A stretch of 32,000 bases of DNA, from contig NC_010814.1 in assembly GCF_000020385.1 (NCBI RefSeq), forward strand, positions 2,310,001 to 2,342,000. Direction: 5' to 3'. This DNA is from Trichlorobacter lovleyi SZ. GTDB taxonomy: Bacteria > Desulfobacterota > Desulfuromonadia > Geobacterales > Pseudopelobacteraceae. Shown here in pieces: positions 27,467-32,000 of this stretch. Every line of letters starts with the position of its first letter. The stretch's first letter is position 1. The notes under the pieces were generated by a model. The model made no database searches. It was not told the origin of the DNA and saw only the letters and a program-made list of their open reading frames with translations. The translations under genes were made by a program, and so were the position numbers.

Positions 27467-28478
27467 AGTAGGGGCCTTCCGGCGAGGCAGCCAGCTGCAG
27501 CCCCTGCTCACCGGGCCGCAACGAAGCGGTCAAAAGCCCTAACGCTATGCCCCCCATGGCCAGTGAGCTGCCGATAATCCGGCCAGGATAACGGATTGTT
27601 GCGGCCTCTACTGTGCCGAGCAACGGTTGAACAGCCGGTTCAGGGCCGGTGAAGAACAGTTGATCACAACTATTTTGTGGCTGCAACAGCTGGTTGATCC
27701 CCTGCTGTTCTGCACCGGGCAGCAGGAACCCCACCGTGTTGATTGCGGTCAGCTGCGCTGCAATGGCAGCGCCCCGCTTGCGGGCATGTTCAGCCCGTTC
27801 CAGCACCAGTATGCCGCAGCCCTCACCAAAACCTGAGGCAAAGCGGTGTAACTGACCGGTAACCGCAAAGCCACGGATCATCTGGGGGGTCAGTTCATCC
27901 ACACCACCAGCCAGCATGATATCGGCCCGGCCTTCTTCAATAAAGCGACAGGCAGCCAGGATGGCGGATTCTGCAGAACAAAAGCGCTGGATAAAGGTGA
28001 TATTGGGGCCTTGCAGGCTATATTCAATGGAGGCGTTGCTGGCAGCAGCATTGGCAACCGTATTGGGAAACAGCATCGGCGACAGGCCTGGCACACCGGT
28101 CTGATAATAGCCGCTTAAAAACTCAGAGGCATTGGCAATACCGCCAAAGCCGGAACCCAGGGCAATCCCGATCCGGTCTGACGGGAAAGCGCCCTTGACA
28201 ATCCCGGCATCAGCCAGGGCCATACCAACCGTGGCAACCGCAAACTGGCTGGCGCGATCAAGTTTACGGGCCTTGAGCGGTGGAATAAAGTCAGTTGCCT
28301 TGAACTGATCAGCCTTACCCCAGCAATGACCAGTGGTGCCTGCTGCCAGATCCTCTGGAATCGGTTTCAGACAACTGGTGCCACTGATCAGCGCCTCAAG
28401 GGCCGGTTTGATGCCAATTCCTGCAGCAGATATGGCTGCAGAGCCGGTTATGGCAATGGCCGGTGCAAAACAATCCAT
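27432..28478 (-). CDS. Beta-ketoacyl synthase-like partner subunit (CLF-like, lacks the catalytic His pair)
   Basis: 348 aa with a thiolase fold. It retains Cys in IQRFCSAESAI, but the HGTGT and GHxxGAAG positions read differently (...GRIIGSSLAMGGIALG). Its ATG overlaps the KS stop (ATGA). Confidence 0.7.
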   Translation of the reverse strand: MDCFAPAIAITGSAAISAAGIGIKPALEALISGTSCLKPIPEDLAAGTTGHCWGKADQFKATDFIPPLKARKLDRASQFAVATVGMALADAGIVKGAFPSDRIGIALGSGFGGIANASEFLSGYYQTGVPGLSPMLFPNTVANAAASNASIEYSLQGPNITFIQRFCSAESAILAACRFIEEGRADIMLAGGVDELTPQMIRGFAVTGQLHRFASGFGEGCGILVLERAEHARKRGAAIAAQLTAINTVGFLLPGAEQQGINQLLQPQNSCDQLFFTGPEPAVQPLLGTVEAATIRYPGRIIGSSLAMGGIALGLLTASLRPGEQGLQLAASPEGPYYAISVLGGDPA

Positions 28479-29707
28479 CAGCAGACCTCCTGCTGCAGAG
28501 CTGCAGAGCCCAGCACAAGTGAAGTGACATTACCCCCAAAGGCAAAGGAATTGGACAGGACAATCCGGGTAGCTGTGGTACGACTGCCGCTATGGCCGTA
28601 ATCAAGATCACACTCCGGGTCAACACCCCTGAAATGCAGGGTCTGCGGAATGATACCGGCATTCAGGGCCAGCACGCTTGCCACTGCCTCAATGGCACCG
28701 GCAGCCCCCAGACAGTGCCCGGTTATCGCCTTGGTTGAGATCAACGGCACCTTGCCAGCCCGCTCTCCAAAGACCAGCTTGACCGCATTGGATTCAACCA
28801 CATCATTCAGGGGAGTACCGGTACCATGGGCATTGATCCAGCCAACCTGGTCATACGCAACTCCGGCAGCAGCCAGGGCTGCGTTCATGACCCTGGCAGC
28901 GGATTCACCGCCCGGTTCCGGCGCTGTCATATGATGGGCCTCACCCACCAGGGCATAGCCCAGCAGATAGCCCAGAATCTGCGCCCCCCTGCTACGGGCA
29001 GCCTGTTCCTCTTCCAGCACCATGAAGGCTGCCCCCTCACCCAGGGACAGCCCCTGACGTCCGGCACTGAACGGCGCACAGGGGTTGGGATCAACCACTT
29101 TCAGGGCATTGAAACCGGCAAAGGTCAACATGGCCAGGGCATCTGCCCCGCCGCACAGCATGGCCTGCTGGCGGCCGCTGCGGATCAGGTCAGCTGCCCA
29201 GCCAATGGCAGTACCGGATGAGGAACAGGCCGTGGTAATGCTGCCCTGGTAGCCGGCAAAGCCCAGTTCATGGGCAATGATCGTACTGCTGCAGTCAGGC
29301 AACAGGGTACGTAACAGACCGGGCCGGGCAGGCTTGTTTGACAGCTCCCCCTGCAGCCACGCTTCAGCGTGCAGCATGCCGCCAACTCCGCCACCAATAC
29401 AGACACCGATCTGGTAGGGATCATAGCAGCCGGTAACATCACTCATGGCAACCGCCTCGCGGGCTGCAATCAGGGCAAGCTGGTCAGTACGGGAGAGGTG
29501 GGTAACCTGGCGCCGGGTAAAGTACTCAGCAGGGTCATACCCTTTTACCTGACATCCGATTCGGGCCGGAAACTGCGATACATCAAACAGGTCAAGGGGT
29601 GCAATGCCGCTTGTACCCTGCAGAATCGCCTCCTGAAAGGCAGGAAGCGTCCTGGCAGCCCCGTTGATGGTGCCCAGACCGGTTATGACGATCCTCTTCG
29701 GGCTCAC
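28478..29707 (-). CDS. Beta-ketoacyl-ACP synthase (FabF/FabB-like KS)
   Basis: 409 aa. Active-site Cys in ITTACSSSGTAIG, and His residues in NAHGTGTPLND and KAITGHCLGAAG. The GTG start overlaps the fabG-like stop. Confidence 0.9.
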   Translation of the reverse strand: MSPKRIVITGLGTINGAARTLPAFQEAILQGTSGIAPLDLFDVSQFPARIGCQVKGYDPAEYFTRRQVTHLSRTDQLALIAAREAVAMSDVTGCYDPYQIGVCIGGGVGGMLHAEAWLQGELSNKPARPGLLRTLLPDCSSTIIAHELGFAGYQGSITTACSSSGTAIGWAADLIRSGRQQAMLCGGADALAMLTFAGFNALKVVDPNPCAPFSAGRQGLSLGEGAAFMVLEEEQAARSRGAQILGYLLGYALVGEAHHMTAPEPGGESAARVMNAALAAAGVAYDQVGWINAHGTGTPLNDVVESNAVKLVFGERAGKVPLISTKAITGHCLGAAGAIEAVASVLALNAGIIPQTLHFRGVDPECDLDYGHSGSRTTATRIVLSNSFAFGGNVTSLVLGSAALQQEVC

Positions 29708-30468
29708 AGAATGCCTCCATCAACCACCAGACATTGCCCGGTGATGTAGGCAGCTTTGGATGAGGCCAGAAATGCGATTGCATCAGCAATCTCGTCCGGC
29801 TGGCCGATCCTCCCCAGGGCAGATGATTTCACAATCCGCTCCACCTGATCCTGTTTCAAACCGGCGGTCATGTCCGTTTCAATCAGTCCGGCTGCAACAG
29901 CATTGACCCGAATCCCCATCGGCCCCAGCTCACGGGCAAGGGATTTGGTAAAACTGATGGCAGCCCCTTTTGTGGCAGCATAGTTGGTCTGCCCGGCAGC
30001 GCCGCTGATGCCGGAGATTGAAGAGACATTGATAATGGCTCCACTGCGGCGGGCCAGCATCTTACGGGCACCCCACTTGCAGCAGTGGAACAGGGGGGAC
30101 AGATTGGTACGCAGCACCGCATCCCAGTCATCTTCAGCCATCATGGCCAGAAAACCATCGCGGATAATCCCGGCATTGTTGACCAGGACATCAAGATACC
30201 CGCTTGCTGCAGTGGCAGCATCAATCAGGCTGGTTGCCCCGCTGGAAGTAGCAACATCAGCCTTGATGGTGGTGATACTGCCTGCCAGCTCTGCTGCATC
30301 CAGACGCAGCCTGTCCGCAGCCTCATCATTGTTCAGGTAGGCGGCAAAGACGGTGGCACCTGCTGCGGCAAAGCGCAGGGATACTGCCCGGCCAATGCCC
30401 CGGGTACCACCGGTAACCACGACAACGTTATGTTCAAATTCCAGTCCCATATCAAACAACCACCTCAA
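29704..30468 (-). CDS. 3-oxoacyl-ACP reductase (SDR, FabG-like)
   Basis: 254 aa. Cofactor motif VTGGTRGIGRA, NNAG, and a catalytic S...YAATK triad. Confidence 0.9.
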   Translation of the reverse strand: MRWLFDMGLEFEHNVVVVTGGTRGIGRAVSLRFAAAGATVFAAYLNNDEAADRLRLDAAELAGSITTIKADVATSSGATSLIDAATAASGYLDVLVNNAGIIRDGFLAMMAEDDWDAVLRTNLSPLFHCCKWGARKMLARRSGAIINVSSISGISGAAGQTNYAATKGAAISFTKSLARELGPMGIRVNAVAAGLIETDMTAGLKQDQVERIVKSSALGRIGQPDEIADAIAFLASSKAAYITGQCLVVDGGIL

Positions 30469-30488
30469 GATTCTATAAACAGATAGTA

Positions 30489-30611
30489 TTCCAGTTTCAA
30501 ATCAAGGATGAGATCAAGGCGGCGAGGAATTCGGCGACGCAGGCGTACACGCAGTACGTTGAGGAGCCGATGACGAGCCAACGCAGATATCGCCTTGAGT
30601 TGGAACTGGAA
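30489..30611. repeat. Long imperfect inverted repeat (19-bp arms, 85-nt interior) filling the radical-SAM/fabG-like intergenic gap
   Basis: TTCCAGTTTCAAATCAAGG (30489-30507) pairs with CCTTGAGTTGGAACTGGAA (30593-30611): 17 Watson-Crick pairs, one G-U in the plus-sense RNA and one mismatch. An inner GCGTAC-ACGCA-GTACGT hairpin is also present. Confidence 0.6.
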
Positions 30612-31994
30612 TCACTTCATCGGGGCGATTCTACTTCTTCCCATCCGCTTCAGCAACTTCCAAAGTGGTCCCCGCACCTTGAACATCCGCAACGCCTCCA
30701 GCATGGTGTCGCTGATATTCACCTCCAGACCCGGTACAATCCAGTTTTTACGCTGCATTGCCTGTTCTGTCACAATCGTTGAAAGCCGGTCCCTGATGGC
30801 CGGAGCCAGGTAAAAGGTAGGCTGCAGCAGATCTGTTTCAACGGTAATAATCCCCTCGTCCAGGGCGGTACGATACAGCCTGGTGCGGGGGTAGATCCGC
30901 ACCCCGGTCATGGCAATGACGGCGGTAGGATTCAGTTCATCCATCAGCTGAAAGGTATCCAGAATGGTCTCTTCTGTCTCTCCTGGTCCGCCAAAGATGA
31001 TGTAGTGGGCAAAATCCAGCCCCGCCTCCCGGCAAAGCAGCGAGGCAGATCTGACCTGTCCGAGTGTAAACGATTTACAGAGACTTGTTAACATGCCAGG
31101 TGAACCGGAGTCAGTGCCGAACTCAATCGCATCGCAGCCGGCCCGCTGCATCAGATCCAGAAGCTGCGGTGTGATAAAATCCGGATTGATAAAGGCAGAC
31201 CAGTTAACCTGTAACCCGGCATCAATCATGGCTGTGCAGAGCTGTTCACAAAAGCTGACCGGGTAGTTAAAGATATCATCCACAAAATAGAGATAATCAA
31301 CACCATGATCATTCACCAGACTGCGGATCTCGGCAATAATCTCAGCCACCGGTCTGGTCCGCATCTGCTGGCCTTCCAGCAGCGGATAGGTGCAGTAACT
31401 GCAACCAAAGGGACAGCCCCGTTTGGTCTGCAGATTGGCCATGCCCCCTTCCTTCAGGTAGCGGGCCACATCAAACAGCTCCCGATCAGGACTGCCGATT
31501 CTGGAAACTGTTTGCGGCGGGATAAAGTCGATTTTCCCCGGCAGCACAACACCGGGCAGATCAGCCGGATCAATCCCTTGTGCCAGCCGGTCCAGCAGAA
31601 GGGGCAGCTGCTGCTCCCCCTCCCCCACCAGACCGATATCAGCACCGCAGGCAGCCAGGATCTCCAGCGGCATCAGGCTGAAACCTGAACCACCCACAAT
31701 GACGGTTGCCCTGCCTTTGCAGACCGTTACCAGATCAGTCAGACCGGACAGATAGGAACGGGCATCAGGCCAGGTAACATTATCCAGATTACGCAGCGAA
31801 ATGATCACCGCCTCAGGCTGTTCAGCAACAACCGTTGCCTGGAGCGCAGCAAGGGGATCGGCTTCAAAACAGAGATCCAGCACTGCCAACTGATGACCGG
31901 CCTGTTTGAGCGGGGCTGCCAGAAAGGCCAGACCAAGGGGAAAGACCGGATAGGGGGAACGCTCCCGGTTTGCCGAAACCAGCAGCAGCTTCAT
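30612..31994 (-). CDS. B12-binding-domain radical SAM enzyme (second copy, divergent)
   Basis: 460 aa. N-terminal cobalamin-binding-like region (KLLLVSANRERSPYPVFPLGLAFLAAPLKQAGHQLAVLDLCFE) and a CxxxCxxC motif in TKRGCPFGCSYCTYP. Confidence 0.85.
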   Translation of the reverse strand: MKLLLVSANRERSPYPVFPLGLAFLAAPLKQAGHQLAVLDLCFEADPLAALQATVVAEQPEAVIISLRNLDNVTWPDARSYLSGLTDLVTVCKGRATVIVGGSGFSLMPLEILAACGADIGLVGEGEQQLPLLLDRLAQGIDPADLPGVVLPGKIDFIPPQTVSRIGSPDRELFDVARYLKEGGMANLQTKRGCPFGCSYCTYPLLEGQQMRTRPVAEIIAEIRSLVNDHGVDYLYFVDDIFNYPVSFCEQLCTAMIDAGLQVNWSAFINPDFITPQLLDLMQRAGCDAIEFGTDSGSPGMLTSLCKSFTLGQVRSASLLCREAGLDFAHYIIFGGPGETEETILDTFQLMDELNPTAVIAMTGVRIYPRTRLYRTALDEGIITVETDLLQPTFYLAPAIRDRLSTIVTEQAMQRKNWIVPGLEVNISDTMLEALRMFKVRGPLWKLLKRMGRSRIAPMK

Positions 31995-32000
31995 CGGCAG

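Noticed and set aside
30507-30572. An Arg-rich mini-ORF (MRSRRRGIRRRRRTRSTLRSR) on the plus strand, and a 38-codon TTG ORF on the minus strand, both inside the intergenic inverted repeat.
   Set aside because: They have no ribosome-binding sites. The composition is explained by CGG/CGC-rich hairpin sequence, so an RNA or DNA structure is the simpler explanation.
1-32000. CRISPR arrays, rRNA genes and additional tRNAs.
   Set aside because: No regularly spaced direct repeats and no rRNA-like sequence were seen on reading the intergenic regions. Only one cloverleaf, tRNA-Pro, could be folded.

Overview
This is a chromosomal window whose gene order and protein sequences look Geobacteraceae/Desulfuromonadales-like; that attribution is an inference with no database search behind it. 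It falls into four blocks. (1) 1-9598, minus strand: a conserved envelope/sigma-54 supraoperon, kdsA-kdsD-kdsC-lptC-lptA-lptB-rpoN-hpf-hprK-rapZ-EIIA(Man)-ptsH-pilD. (2) 9710-12796, plus strand: ruvB, an Hda/DnaA-like AAA+ gene and a J-domain/leucine-rich-repeat fusion gene. (3) About 12797-17264: a visibly AT-richer accessory patch abutting the 3' end of tRNA-Pro(UGG). It holds a DnaA-box-like palindrome, a decayed two-gene toxin-antitoxin-like module (a small basic protein plus a zeta/COG4185-type P-loop toxin that is frameshifted and split by an IS), an apparently intact 2.4-kb IS21-family element (istA/istB), and about 470 nt of GC-rich sequence without convincing ORFs. (4) 17393-20728, minus strand: xseB-ispA-dxs plus a small J-domain protein. 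This is followed at 20872-31994 by the most interesting locus, a FAS-II/type-II-PKS-like set (KR, KS, His-less KS partner, hotdog dehydratase) fused to an envelope-export set (LolA-like, lipoprotein, MMPL exporter, secreted 11-mer-repeat protein). That locus is bracketed by two B12-binding radical SAM enzymes, one of them translationally coupled to a PagL-like outer-membrane deacylase. The half of the cluster carrying KS, KR, DH and export genes resembles aryl-polyene-type clusters, but I do not recognise the radical-SAM/PagL additions as part of that family. No CRISPR arrays or rRNA were seen.
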